In this document: positions 18,241-27,526 of the stretch, piece after piece
Layout of the letters: the number at the start of each line of letters is the position of its first letter
Position numbering within the stretch: position 1 is the stretch's first letter
NCBI GenBank assembly: GCA_039811685.1
Contig: JBDHZC010000001.1
Coordinates: 832,001 to 896,000, forward strand
From: Armatimonadota bacterium
GTDB lineage: Bacteria > Armatimonadota > UBA5829 > DSUL01
Reading direction: 5' to 3'
DNA length: 64,000 nucleotides
Position numbers and translations under genes: made by a program
Notes under the pieces: model-generated
Databases searched by the model: none
The model's input: only the letters and a program-made list of their open reading frames with translations
What the model was told of the DNA's origin: nothing

Positions 18241-19188
18241 GTGGCGGTAAAACTACAGACACCCAAGTGGTACGTTGCTGTTGGAGTGGGAGCAGTCGCA
18301 ATTGTTGCGGGGTTGAGCGCAGCTCGGATTCTCGCTCAGGCGCCTGCCGGGATGCCTGTCGATCCAACACAGCAGGCAGGCGCCGCTGGCATGCCAGGAG
18401 ATGGTGGTGGCGCTCCGGCGGCGCCGAAGGTCAAACCGTTGCCGGGCTCGCCAATGTATCCTATTCCTTTCGCGCAAGCTCCACACGGCCCTGTCAAGCG
18501 CTACGCCGTCACTTCCCCGGGCGGCGGCAAGATCGAATACTACCGCTTTACGTCAAAAACCGACCGAACATACATTGTTGATATGCCGGCATCGCAGGTC
18601 AAGGGGGAGCGCAGCAAAGACGAATGGATCACGCTCTTTGCTTCCTACGGACGAGACCCGCGCGCTGAAGCGACCACCCGCGCGCTGACTGGCGGGGCGG
18701 GAGCTACCGCTTTTTCAGATCATTACAACATCTGGATGGCGAAACGTATCGCTGACCAGATATTGAAAGTGACGTTTGTGAAGCGCCGGATTAGCACGCG
18801 AGCAAATGAGATGAATCTGTGGTCAGCCATTCACCAGGAGGCTCGCGATGACGACGACAAGCTGCGCGCTCAGGCAGCGTGGGCCAGAATCAGCACGGAC
18901 AAGCGCGAGTTGCGCGGATTCTTGCGAGAGATCGCGGGCTACAAGCTGCAGCTTGGACATCTCTACAAGGAAGCGGGAGCTTTCGAACAGGCTCGCGAAC
19001 AGTACAGACAGACAGCTCAGCTTCAGATATTCCCGTACTCTGCTGAAGCTATCTCGAAGCTGCGGGTGATAGAAGGACAACAGCCAAGCATCCTGCAGCC
19101 GCTTACGGCAGGTATCGTAGGCATTGAGCGTATGTCGCTGAGTGATCTGTACCAGGCTGCGGTTCGCGCCAGCAGCACCACCCCCTAG
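18241..19188 (+). CDS. Hypothetical exported or membrane-anchored protein with a C-terminal TPR-like helix pair
   Basis: Hydrophobic N-terminus (WYVAVGVGAVAIVAGLSAA), Pro/Gly/Ala linker, LQLGHLYKEAGAFEQAREQYRQ TPR-like segment. Confidence 0.65.
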   Translation: MAVKLQTPKWYVAVGVGAVAIVAGLSAARILAQAPAGMPVDPTQQAGAAGMPGDGGGAPAAPKVKPLPGSPMYPIPFAQAPHGPVKRYAVTSPGGGKIEYYRFTSKTDRTYIVDMPASQVKGERSKDEWITLFASYGRDPRAEATTRALTGGAGATAFSDHYNIWMAKRIADQILKVTFVKRRISTRANEMNLWSAIHQEARDDDDKLRAQAAWARISTDKRELRGFLREIAGYKLQLGHLYKEAGAFEQAREQYRQTAQLQIFPYSAEAISKLRVIEGQQPSILQPLTAGIVGIERMSLSDLYQAAVRASSTTP

Positions 19189-19261
19189 ATAGCCGGCCGG
19201 CAGTATCTCTGGGATGGGAAGTGAGTTCGACTTCCAAGACACTCTGACAGTGTTGTAGACC

Positions 19262-20251
19262 TTGAGCATCCGAACACTTCACATCGCTGACGACGGTGCG
19301 GTTCGCCATAATCTGAGCGACGAAGAGTGGCGCGCTGCTGCGGGTGCAACAACAGGCTTTTTGTGGGTGGATATTTCTGGTGACGATCCGCAGGCTGACT
19401 CCGTCCTGACCGATGTTTTCAAGTTCCATCCTCTTGCGGTTGACGACGCCCTGCGTGAGGAGCATATCCCGCGCATTGACCAGTGGGAAGGCTACCTTTA
19501 CGCCGTTATCACCGCTATGACCTGCAGTGCGGCAACTCCGCAACTGAACATATTCGAAATCGACCTGTTCCTTGGGGAGCACTATCTCGTGACTCTTCAT
19601 CGGGAGGAGATTGGCGCAATAGAGAAGGTCTGGAAGCAGGCTCAACAACCCGAGCGCCGCCCCAAGCGTCCCGCAGGACGAATCCTCTACGAGCTGCTCG
19701 ACACGCTCACGACGGACTATCTTCAGGCCGTAGACAGCATAGACGAACACATTGACGCGCTGGAAGACCGCATATTCTCCGGCCCCAATGGCGAGACGCT
19801 CAGCGGGCTTTTCAGCGTCAAACGCTCTTTGCTGGAGATGCGCCGGATGTTCACTCCGATGCGCGAAGTCATGAACAGACTGGCGCGCGACGATTACCCT
19901 CAGATACGGCGTGAAGAGCGAGTCTACTTCCGCGACATCTACGATCACCTGGTGCGGCTGGTAGATCTGAACGAAACTCTGAGAGACATGGTGTCCGGGG
20001 CTATGGACTCCTATTTGTCCGTGGTCTCCAATCGGCTAAACGAGATCATGAAGACGCTGACGATTGTGACGCTGCTCTTCATGCCTCTGACAGTTATCAC
20101 CAGCTTTTTCGGAATGAACTTTTTCGCTGGCACGCTCTACCAGGTGCCGGAAAGTCCACCCGGCTGGCTGATTTTCGGTGGCGCCTTTGCGCTATGTTTG
20201 TTCAGCGTCGGGGGAATGGTCTTGTGGATGCGGCGCAAAGGCTGGATGTAG
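19262..20251 (+). CDS. corA: Magnesium/cobalt transporter CorA
   Basis: FHPLAVDD, YFRDIYDHL, NRLNEIMKTLT, GMN signature (FFGMNF), two C-terminal TMs, RRKGWM. Confidence 0.93.
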   Translation: MSIRTLHIADDGAVRHNLSDEEWRAAAGATTGFLWVDISGDDPQADSVLTDVFKFHPLAVDDALREEHIPRIDQWEGYLYAVITAMTCSAATPQLNIFEIDLFLGEHYLVTLHREEIGAIEKVWKQAQQPERRPKRPAGRILYELLDTLTTDYLQAVDSIDEHIDALEDRIFSGPNGETLSGLFSVKRSLLEMRRMFTPMREVMNRLARDDYPQIRREERVYFRDIYDHLVRLVDLNETLRDMVSGAMDSYLSVVSNRLNEIMKTLTIVTLLFMPLTVITSFFGMNFFAGTLYQVPESPPGWLIFGGAFALCLFSVGGMVLWMRRKGWM

Positions 20252-20256
20252 AGGAC

Positions 20257-21135
20257 TTACAGAACGCTTGACGCCTGAGTTTCTTCGATAATCAAGCGTT
20301 GTAGCTCACGCCTGACGGCCGCCACAACACCGTGCGGGTCCTCCTCGAGCAGTGGAGCATCCGCATCCTGTCCGTTGATGGCGCAGCTTACAAGTTGCTT
20401 TATCCCAAACACGGAGTTTGTGAGGAATGCCGCCTCTGCGCAGGCCAGATTCTCGGGAAGGAAGTTGCCCTCCCTGACGGATATTCCCACAGAAAGCGCC
20501 GCTTCAATAACGGCTTCGCGCGTAATGCCAGGCAGGGCGCCGGATTCCACTGCAGGGGTAAAGAGGTCCCCACCCCGTGTCCAGAACAGATTGCTGGAAC
20601 TTGCCTCTGCAAGATAGCCCAGCCCATTACACACAATCGCTTCGTTGTAACCCAGCGCTTCAGCTTCGCGTCTGGCGAGAATATTGGGAAGCCAGTTGCA
20701 GGTTTTCAGCTCCGCAATCGGCGAGGTCGCATCGCGCACGACAGATGATAGCAACGCGCGTCCGGCCTCAGGCGGAGCTACTGGCGCCTGCTTTGCAAGC
20801 ACGCTGACTACCGCCGCGCTGACGGGGTGAACCGCTAACCAGCCTTCGCCTCGAGTGACGGACAGGCGAATGACCACTTCCTCCATCTTCAGATCGTGAC
20901 AGACATCTTCCAGCGCCTTCAGCGCACCTGCAAGAGCGCGTCCGGGATCAAGCCCCAGATAGTCCATTCCGTGGTTCAGGCGCGCCAGATGCCGCTCCAT
21001 TCGGAAGAAGCGCCCCGAATAGCTGCGCAACGTCTCAAAGACGCCGTCCCCGTACAAGAACCCGCGATCCATCGGCGAGATTAGTGGCTTATCAGCGTCG
21101 TGCCAGCGTCCGTTTATCCAGCAGAATGCACTCAA
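20257..21135 (-). CDS. Class IV PLP aminotransferase (4-amino-4-deoxychorismate lyase-like)
   Basis: DRGFLYGDGVFETLR, HLARL, PLP Lys in ELKTCNW, EASSSNLF, LPGITR; directly downstream of pabB. Confidence 0.85.
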   Translation of the reverse strand: MSAFCWINGRWHDADKPLISPMDRGFLYGDGVFETLRSYSGRFFRMERHLARLNHGMDYLGLDPGRALAGALKALEDVCHDLKMEEVVIRLSVTRGEGWLAVHPVSAAVVSVLAKQAPVAPPEAGRALLSSVVRDATSPIAELKTCNWLPNILARREAEALGYNEAIVCNGLGYLAEASSSNLFWTRGGDLFTPAVESGALPGITREAVIEAALSVGISVREGNFLPENLACAEAAFLTNSVFGIKQLVSCAINGQDADAPLLEEDPHGVVAAVRRELQRLIIEETQASSVL

Positions 21136-21146
21136 AATGTCCGACC

Positions 21147-22535
21147 TTATCCAGTAGTTTTGTCACTTGTTCCCGGCGAAAGCGCGGCACGCATCGCAGC
21201 AGCCTTCACCAAAGTCTCTTCAAACTCTGTCGCGGGATCAGAATCCGCAACGATTCCGCCTCCCACACCAAATACCGCAGCCTTTTGCCCTGCCCAGATA
21301 CTGCGTATCGTCATTGCCAGGTGCACATGACCTGACACCGAAAAGTATCCGTAACACCCAGTATAAGGGCCACGGGCGCAAGACTCAAGCTCTCTTATGA
21401 TTTCGCAGGCGCGTATTTTTGGCGCTCCTGTCACCGATCCGCCGGGAAACAGCGCCGCCAGGCAGTCAAGGCTATCTGCGCCGTCCCGCAGACTGCCCTG
21501 GACAGTGGACACCAGATGGAAGACTGTGGGATGCACTTCGCGGCGGCACAGCTCTGTTGTCGTCACGCTGCCGGGCTTGCAGACGCGCCCCAGGTCGTTG
21601 CGCACCAGGTCCACAATCATAACATTTTCTGCGCGATCCTTCGAGCTTTCGCTCAGCTCCACAGCCAGCGCCACGTCCTCCTCATGTGTCCCTCCTCGCG
21701 GTCGAGTCCCTTTGATGGGGCGGCTCAACACGCGCCTGGTGGAAGCGTCAACACTCAGAAACAACTCCGGACTGCCACCCAGAAGCGCCGTGCCTGACTC
21801 AGCGGGACCGCAAAGTACAGCGCCGTACGGGGCCGGAGAAGCTTCCCGCAACCGGAGGTAGGCGCTGGGAGCATCAACAGGTGTCTCCGTGACGAACTGG
21901 CGAGAGAGATTCACCTGATAAATATCCCCCGCACTGATGTACTGACGCGCTTGCTCCACCCACGCTTCATACTGCTGCTGGTCAGTGGAAGCCGCAGTGC
22001 CTACGGTATTGGAGGGAGCCGGGACGACAAGAGTTTCAGCGATGCCGTTGAAAGAGTCTGGGGCAGACTCACCCAGGACCACACGCCAGCGACGCCGCTC
22101 TCCCAGATCAAAAGCGTCAACTGCATCGAAAAACACGAAGCTGGCAAGCGGGGCATCCTGGACACTTTCACGAACGACGGCTATCCGGTCGAACTCAGGC
22201 GATAGCTCGTAGCCGAACCATCCCACCCAGCCACCACAGAACCTGGGAGCTCCGGCAGGTAGTTTCCACCGCTCGGGCGCGAGATACTCCCGGATAAGTG
22301 CGCGCCAATCGGGCGCAGTTTTCCAGTCCCCTCCCCGTCGACGCCAGCGGGCGCCTTCCCAGGTGATGAGTAGCTCAACAAGAGGATCAAGCGCCAGATA
22401 AGACCATCGGGAGTCTGTAAATCCAGGCATCGCCGAATCGAGAAACGCCAGCCCGGCGCGGCTCCGCACGCTCCAGAACGCCTCCAGCGGATCGATCCAA
22501 GGCTGCTCAGTAATGGTGACTTCTGTCGCTACCAC
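21147..22535 (-). CDS. pabB: Aminodeoxychorismate synthase component I
   Basis: GDIYQVNLS, SPELF, PIKGTRPRG (PabB-type PIKGT), KDRAENVMIVDLVRNDLG, FPGGSVTGAPK. Confidence 0.85.
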   Translation of the reverse strand: MVATEVTITEQPWIDPLEAFWSVRSRAGLAFLDSAMPGFTDSRWSYLALDPLVELLITWEGARWRRRGGDWKTAPDWRALIREYLAPERWKLPAGAPRFCGGWVGWFGYELSPEFDRIAVVRESVQDAPLASFVFFDAVDAFDLGERRRWRVVLGESAPDSFNGIAETLVVPAPSNTVGTAASTDQQQYEAWVEQARQYISAGDIYQVNLSRQFVTETPVDAPSAYLRLREASPAPYGAVLCGPAESGTALLGGSPELFLSVDASTRRVLSRPIKGTRPRGGTHEEDVALAVELSESSKDRAENVMIVDLVRNDLGRVCKPGSVTTTELCRREVHPTVFHLVSTVQGSLRDGADSLDCLAALFPGGSVTGAPKIRACEIIRELESCARGPYTGCYGYFSVSGHVHLAMTIRSIWAGQKAAVFGVGGGIVADSDPATEFEETLVKAAAMRAALSPGTSDKTTG

Positions 22536-22704
22536 AGCGACGCACTCTGGTAGCAGCGGCAGTCAACGCCTGTTATGGACTGGAAACTCAAGTCTGCAAG
22601 ATGTCCGGAGTCAAGACCTAGAAGCGGACGGCTGAGAAGGCCCCTTGCGGCATTGACGTCAGCGACGGCGAGAGGCGCTACAGCTCTTGTTTTCACGTTG
22701 AGAT

Positions 22705-23859
22705 TCATTGCGTATAGACCCTTTCAACTCGCGATGCAACGGAGCACATCAACTCATAGGGGCTACCTTCGATTTGTTTCGCAACCTCTTCGAGTCGCAG
22801 CTCGGAGCCGCCCTGAACGCCCCAGAAGACCACCTCATCTCCCAGCTCTACGCCTCCAATATCAGTGACGTCCAGCATAGTCTGATCCATACACACCCGA
22901 CCGGCAATCGGCGCGCGTTGTTCGCGGATCAGCGCAACTCCCCTGTTGGACAATCGGCGCGGCAATCCGTCTCCGTAGCCAAGGCTCACCGTAGCGATAC
23001 GGCTCGGACGAGCTGCGGTCCAGGTGTGCCCATAGCTGACGCTTTCTCCTTGTGAGACATCTTTCAGGAAGACAACCCGTGAACGAAGTGTCATAACGGG
23101 CTGTAGATCTGCACTTCTCACGCACTCAGGAGAGGGGAAGCTCCCGTAGAGCATAATCCCAGGTCTTACGCAGGACAGATTGCTGTGCGGAAGGCTCAGG
23201 ACCGCTCCACTGTTTGCGCAGTGCAGGATCAATTTTCGCCCGAGCGCCCGGTAGATAGATTCTGAGGAGTCCGTGAAGATACGAAGCTGCTCACGAGCAC
23301 GGGACAAATCAGCCATATCCGCGCTGGCAAAGTGCGTCATCAGTCCCGCCAGTCGCAGACCTGACATTCGGTCAATGGCCAACGCCGCTTCGGCGGCGCT
23401 TTCAGGACGCACACCTATGCGCCCCATCCCTGTGTCTATCTTCAAATGAACGCAGACGGTTTTGTGAAGTCTGACCGCCGCTCTCGAAAGCTCTTTAGCC
23501 TGAAGAACATCAGCCACTGCACTCTGGGCTCCAGAGGCAATGGCAGCCTCCGCATCCTCCTCGAGAAACGCTCCAAGCAACAGAACAGGCCGACCCTGCG
23601 CGCAACTGGCGATCTCCTCGGCCTCCTCCGGTGTCGCCACACAGAAGCCATCCGCCCCCTCTCCCACCAGCGCCCGCACAACAGGACAAGCGCCATGTCC
23701 GTAAGCATTTGCTTTGACAGCAGGCCATATCTGACAGAAAGGACCAACCAGGCCTCGCACTTCCCGCAGATTGTGGCGGAGCGCTTGTAGATTTACAATG
23801 GCCGACGCCCTGTGGCCTGGGTGGCCCGCGCCGGCCGCATTGGCAGCCTTAGAAGTCAA
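22705..23859 (-). CDS. alr: Alanine racemase
   Basis: AVKANAYGHG PLP motif, HLKIDTGMGRIG, THFASAD, VSYG, GRVCMDQ. Confidence 0.95.
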   Translation of the reverse strand: MTSKAANAAGAGHPGHRASAIVNLQALRHNLREVRGLVGPFCQIWPAVKANAYGHGACPVVRALVGEGADGFCVATPEEAEEIASCAQGRPVLLLGAFLEEDAEAAIASGAQSAVADVLQAKELSRAAVRLHKTVCVHLKIDTGMGRIGVRPESAAEAALAIDRMSGLRLAGLMTHFASADMADLSRAREQLRIFTDSSESIYRALGRKLILHCANSGAVLSLPHSNLSCVRPGIMLYGSFPSPECVRSADLQPVMTLRSRVVFLKDVSQGESVSYGHTWTAARPSRIATVSLGYGDGLPRRLSNRGVALIREQRAPIAGRVCMDQTMLDVTDIGGVELGDEVVFWGVQGGSELRLEEVAKQIEGSPYELMCSVASRVERVYTQ

Positions 23860-23883
23860 CGAGAGGTCTGGCCGGGACGTTGC

Positions 23884-25092
23884 TCACGCGTCCTTTAGTT
23901 CGGCCCGGTTTTCGTAAACCTTCGCCACCGCCTGGACAATCGAGTCCATGTCCGAGCGCGGCCCCAGCAGCATTGGCTGCGTGAGCCACACGCCTTCATC
24001 GTCGCTGGCCTTTTCGGAGATGGGAAGATGCAGATTTGAGTAGTCCGGCGCGCCCTCGGATACACACGCGTAGAATGCCTTCTCGCGGTACAACGGGGTG
24101 TAGCCTCCAAAACAGGGGATGCCTTCGGCACTCAAAGCCTCCATGAAGCGATTTCTGCTAATCCCGTCAAAGGTCTTCGAATCGTAGCGAAAGATGTAAA
24201 GGTGATACCCATGACTCGTAATCTTTTCGGGACGCTTCTGAGCCAGAATACCAGGTATCTGCTCGAGCTTTGATGTGAGATAAGAAGCGTTAGCCTGGCG
24301 AACCTGCATCTGCTCAGGTAGTTTTTTCATCTGAGACAACAAAATGGCGGCCTGCCACTCGGTCATGCGGTAGTTAGCTCCCAGATTTGGATGTTCGTAC
24401 CACCGCCCACCTGGGACGCGCCCCACGTTGTGAATGGACCAGCACCTGTCGTAGATTTCCTGATTGTTAGTAACAATCATCCCCCCTTCACCCGCCGTCA
24501 GATTCTTGCTGGACTGGAAGCTGAACGTGCCAGCAACACCAAAGGAGCCCACCCTCTGGCCGGCCCATTCCGCACCATGCGCCTGCGCCGCGTCTTCAAC
24601 AAGTGGAATCCCGTGCTTTTTTGAGATGTGCACCAGCGCATCCATGTCGCAAGGTTGACCCGCAATGTGCACTGCGATTATCGCCTTCGTCTTTGGCGTA
24701 ATAGCAGCCTCAACCTTGTCCGGGTCGATAAGGTAGGTCTCGGGATCAATGTCGGCGAAGACGGGAATCCCGTTGTTAAGCAAAACGGCTGTCGCTGTTG
24801 CGATGAAGGTGTAGGGAGGCAGAATAACTTCATCGCCAATGCCCACTCCGAGAGCTCGAAGCACGATCTCAAGGGCGTGAGTCCCGTTGGTGCAGCTTAC
24901 GCCGTAATCGCAGTCCTGAAAGGCCGAAAACTGTTTTTCAAACTCCGGCACCTTTCGTTGCTCAATGCCACCCCACAGCCCACTCTCAACGACTTCGACA
25001 ATCGCTTTTCTATCGGATTCATCGACAACGGGCCAGGAATGAAAAGCCTTTTCGCGGACTCTGGGACCGCCAAGAATAGCAAGTTGCGCCAT
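23884..25092 (-). CDS. DegT/DnrJ/EryC1/StrS PLP-dependent aminotransferase
   Basis: NGTHAL, TFIAT, EDAAQAHG, FSFQSSKNLTAGEGG, NYRMTEWQAA. Confidence 0.9.
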   Translation of the reverse strand: MAQLAILGGPRVREKAFHSWPVVDESDRKAIVEVVESGLWGGIEQRKVPEFEKQFSAFQDCDYGVSCTNGTHALEIVLRALGVGIGDEVILPPYTFIATATAVLLNNGIPVFADIDPETYLIDPDKVEAAITPKTKAIIAVHIAGQPCDMDALVHISKKHGIPLVEDAAQAHGAEWAGQRVGSFGVAGTFSFQSSKNLTAGEGGMIVTNNQEIYDRCWSIHNVGRVPGGRWYEHPNLGANYRMTEWQAAILLSQMKKLPEQMQVRQANASYLTSKLEQIPGILAQKRPEKITSHGYHLYIFRYDSKTFDGISRNRFMEALSAEGIPCFGGYTPLYREKAFYACVSEGAPDYSNLHLPISEKASDDEGVWLTQPMLLGPRSDMDSIVQAVAKVYENRAELKDA

Positions 25093-25138
25093 GGGTGTTG
25101 ACTCCAGCGGCCAGAAAATGAGGAAAGCCGCCGCTGCA

Positions 25139-25168
25139 AGTGTAGTCTATCGCCATCTTACCTGTCAA
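25139..25168 (-). promoter_or_regulatory. Putative sigma70 promoter for the degT-alr genes
   Basis: Minus strand TTGACA-N18-TACACT; the -35 lies within a hairpin (CATCT-TA-CCTGTC-AAC-GACAGG-AGATG) just after grpE. Confidence 0.55.
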
Positions 25169-25201
25169 CGACAGGAGATGCGCGCAATCGGTGCGTTTTG
25201 G

Positions 25202-25924
25202 CTAGACTTCGACAGCTACCGTCACCATCGCGGGACGAATGACTTCATCCTTCATTGTGTAGCCCTTCTGCAGCTCACTCACAACGGTGTTTTCAGGGTG
25301 TTCAGAATCCTCTATGCGCATAACCGCTTCGTGGAACATCGGATCGAAAGGCTGGCCAACCGCCTCAATGGGTTTGACGCCTTCCGCCTCAAGAACCTCC
25401 TGCAGCTTCTCGACAGTCTTGGACAATCCTTCGGAGAGCGCCTCGAAGTTCTGAGTCTCCGCCGCGGACCGCTGAGCGCGTTCGAAGTCATCCACAACAT
25501 TCAGAATCTTCAGAATCAACTCCCGGGCCGCAAAACTCCTCATAGACGCTTGCTGCTCTTCCTGCCGCCGCTTGTAGTTAGCGAAATCCGCCCGGACTCT
25601 CAGATAGAGCTCATGCTCCTGATCCGCTCGCTTATTTGCCGCGTCGAGGGCCTTTTGGAGATCCTGCAATTCCAGCGTAGGCACATTCTGGGGATCAGCA
25701 TCCTCAACGGCCGTATCCTGATCAGGCGCAACGGCACCAGCGCTCACAGCAGCAGCTTCCGGAAGAGCCTCTTCCGTCAAATTCTGAGCAGGGGAAGCTG
25801 AACCGGAGCCCGCATCCACATCCTGATCAGCGCCGGCAGCTGAACTCGCATCGGCGCCGTGCCTTCTGTAAGACTCCTCACTCCCGTCCGTGACTTCCAC
25901 TCTGTGAACCCGTCTGTGAGCCAT
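25202..25924 (-). CDS. grpE: Nucleotide exchange factor GrpE
   Basis: LRVRADFANYKRR, VVDDFERA, GQPFDPMFHEAV, ELQKGY..IRPAMVTV; long acidic N-terminus; ATG at 25924 after GGAGG. Confidence 0.95.
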   Translation of the reverse strand: MAHRRVHRVEVTDGSEESYRRHGADASSAAGADQDVDAGSGSASPAQNLTEEALPEAAAVSAGAVAPDQDTAVEDADPQNVPTLELQDLQKALDAANKRADQEHELYLRVRADFANYKRRQEEQQASMRSFAARELILKILNVVDDFERAQRSAAETQNFEALSEGLSKTVEKLQEVLEAEGVKPIEAVGQPFDPMFHEAVMRIEDSEHPENTVVSELQKGYTMKDEVIRPAMVTVAVEV

Positions 25925-25966
25925 ATCCTGACCTCCGAAAAACCTTAAGCCGCCCAACAGCGACGG

Positions 25967-27526
25967 CTACACTTCATCCCCACCAGAGTGTTCGGGGGCG
26001 GAAGTGTTCCTGCGGCGCACGATGGCGCTGATTTTCAATATCGCTTCAGCGACTTCGCCCGCCGTCTGCAACGCACGCAGTTTAACGCCCGCGGAATCCA
26101 GTACGCCCGCCTCAAGCATGTCCACGACCTGCCCCGTCGAGCAATCGACTGCCAGAGTTGCCAGCCCGGATGATTCCTGCGCCGCACCTACCATTTCGAC
26201 TTTCTCAAGAGGATTGTACCCCGCATTGGCCACTATCTGCGCCAGCGGCCTCTTCAAAGCCGTTTCAACGCAGTCCAGACCGTAGGACGCCATCCCACTC
26301 TGAGTGCCGCGCAGTACACGGACGGCACGAGCCGCTCCGACCTCAACAGCGCCACCACCGGCGACAGCTCCCGCGCGCAAAGCGCTCTGCAGAGCTCCAC
26401 AAGCGTCTTCCGCGATACGCTTGACCTCTTCCGCCACTTCGCGCGTTGCGGCTCCTACGATCACGGTCGCGGCAGCAGACCCTTTCCCACCTTCTATGCA
26501 GACTATTCCGTGCCGCTGTGAAACCTCAACAGACTCAGCATAGCCCAGTGCATCTGGCAGCGCCGTCAGCGCGTCAAAATCGCGCTTTAGCACTCGTGCT
26601 CCAGTATGCTCTGCGACCTGCGCGATATCTTTGACTCCCAGCCTGCGCAGCACAATGCATCCGGCCGCCGTCAAACGCTCTTCAGCAACGTCGTGAAGCC
26701 CTTTTTGCGCGGCTATCAGACCAACGCCGGATTCAGCAATCAGATTAACCTGCCTCTTAAAGCGCTCCAGACTCTCCATATACGCGCCGAAGCCACGATC
26801 TGTAGCCAACGCCTGCGTTTCGATTGCTTCTGGTTCCAGAGCATCTGCCAGTACCAGGCAGCGGACACCTGCAAGCTTCGTAGGCATTTGCCGGTTCATG
26901 CGGTCTTTGTCAATGAGAACTCCCGCAAATGCGCGCGTCTGAGCCCCTTCTACCACCGTCACCGAGTCCCGAAGCTGGAAGTCAGGATCCAGGAGACGAG
27001 CGGACCCGTAAATCTGCCCAGCTTCCAACACGGCCTGCGCGATCTCCGTCTCACCGCGAGCCGAGATCAGCACACACTGACGCAGAGCGGCAGATTCCAA
27101 ATCCGCACACGGATGACTTTGCGCAGCGATAAACGACCGAGCAGTACAAATACCTTCCCGGATACCCTCCACAAGCATTGAAACAGGCACACCCCTGGCC
27201 ACGTGCTCTGCGCCTTCGGCAATAAGCGCAGCAGCAAGAATGGCGGCGGTTGTGGTTCCATCACCTACCTCATCATCCTGACTTCGCGCAGCGCGTATGA
27301 GGATGCGGGCAGCCGGGTGATGCGCGTCGATGTGAGTGAGGATGGTGCTGCCGTCGTTTGTGATTGTCACGTCCCCTGCGCCGTCCACCAGCATGCAGTT
27401 TAGTCCTCTTGGGCCGAGCGTCCCCTCCACCGCCGAGGCAACTGCGCGTACGGCAGCGGCGTTGGACTGCAGTGCGCTAAGGGGTGAGGTTGACTCCTGC
27501 TTGTCCACAGGACGATTCTGAGCCAT
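25967..27526 (-). CDS. Thermosome-like (group III) TCP-1/cpn60 chaperonin
   Basis: TLGPRGLNCMLVD..GDVTITNDGSTIL, HPAARIL, QDDEVGDGTTTA, GGGAVE, VKLRALQTAGEVAEAILKI: archaeal-thermosome-like rather than GroEL-like; no GGM tail and no adjacent groES. Confidence 0.85.
   Translation of the reverse strand: MAQNRPVDKQESTSPLSALQSNAAAVRAVASAVEGTLGPRGLNCMLVDGAGDVTITNDGSTILTHIDAHHPAARILIRAARSQDDEVGDGTTTAAILAAALIAEGAEHVARGVPVSMLVEGIREGICTARSFIAAQSHPCADLESAALRQCVLISARGETEIAQAVLEAGQIYGSARLLDPDFQLRDSVTVVEGAQTRAFAGVLIDKDRMNRQMPTKLAGVRCLVLADALEPEAIETQALATDRGFGAYMESLERFKRQVNLIAESGVGLIAAQKGLHDVAEERLTAAGCIVLRRLGVKDIAQVAEHTGARVLKRDFDALTALPDALGYAESVEVSQRHGIVCIEGGKGSAAATVIVGAATREVAEEVKRIAEDACGALQSALRAGAVAGGGAVEVGAARAVRVLRGTQSGMASYGLDCVETALKRPLAQIVANAGYNPLEKVEMVGAAQESSGLATLAVDCSTGQVVDMLEAGVLDSAGVKLRALQTAGEVAEAILKISAIVRRRNTSAPEHSGGDEV

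Noticed and set aside
21147..25092. AHBA or aminobenzoate secondary-metabolite cluster
   Set aside because: No kinase, oxidoreductase, PKS or NRPS genes; alr and pabBC are housekeeping; DegT-family proteins are common.
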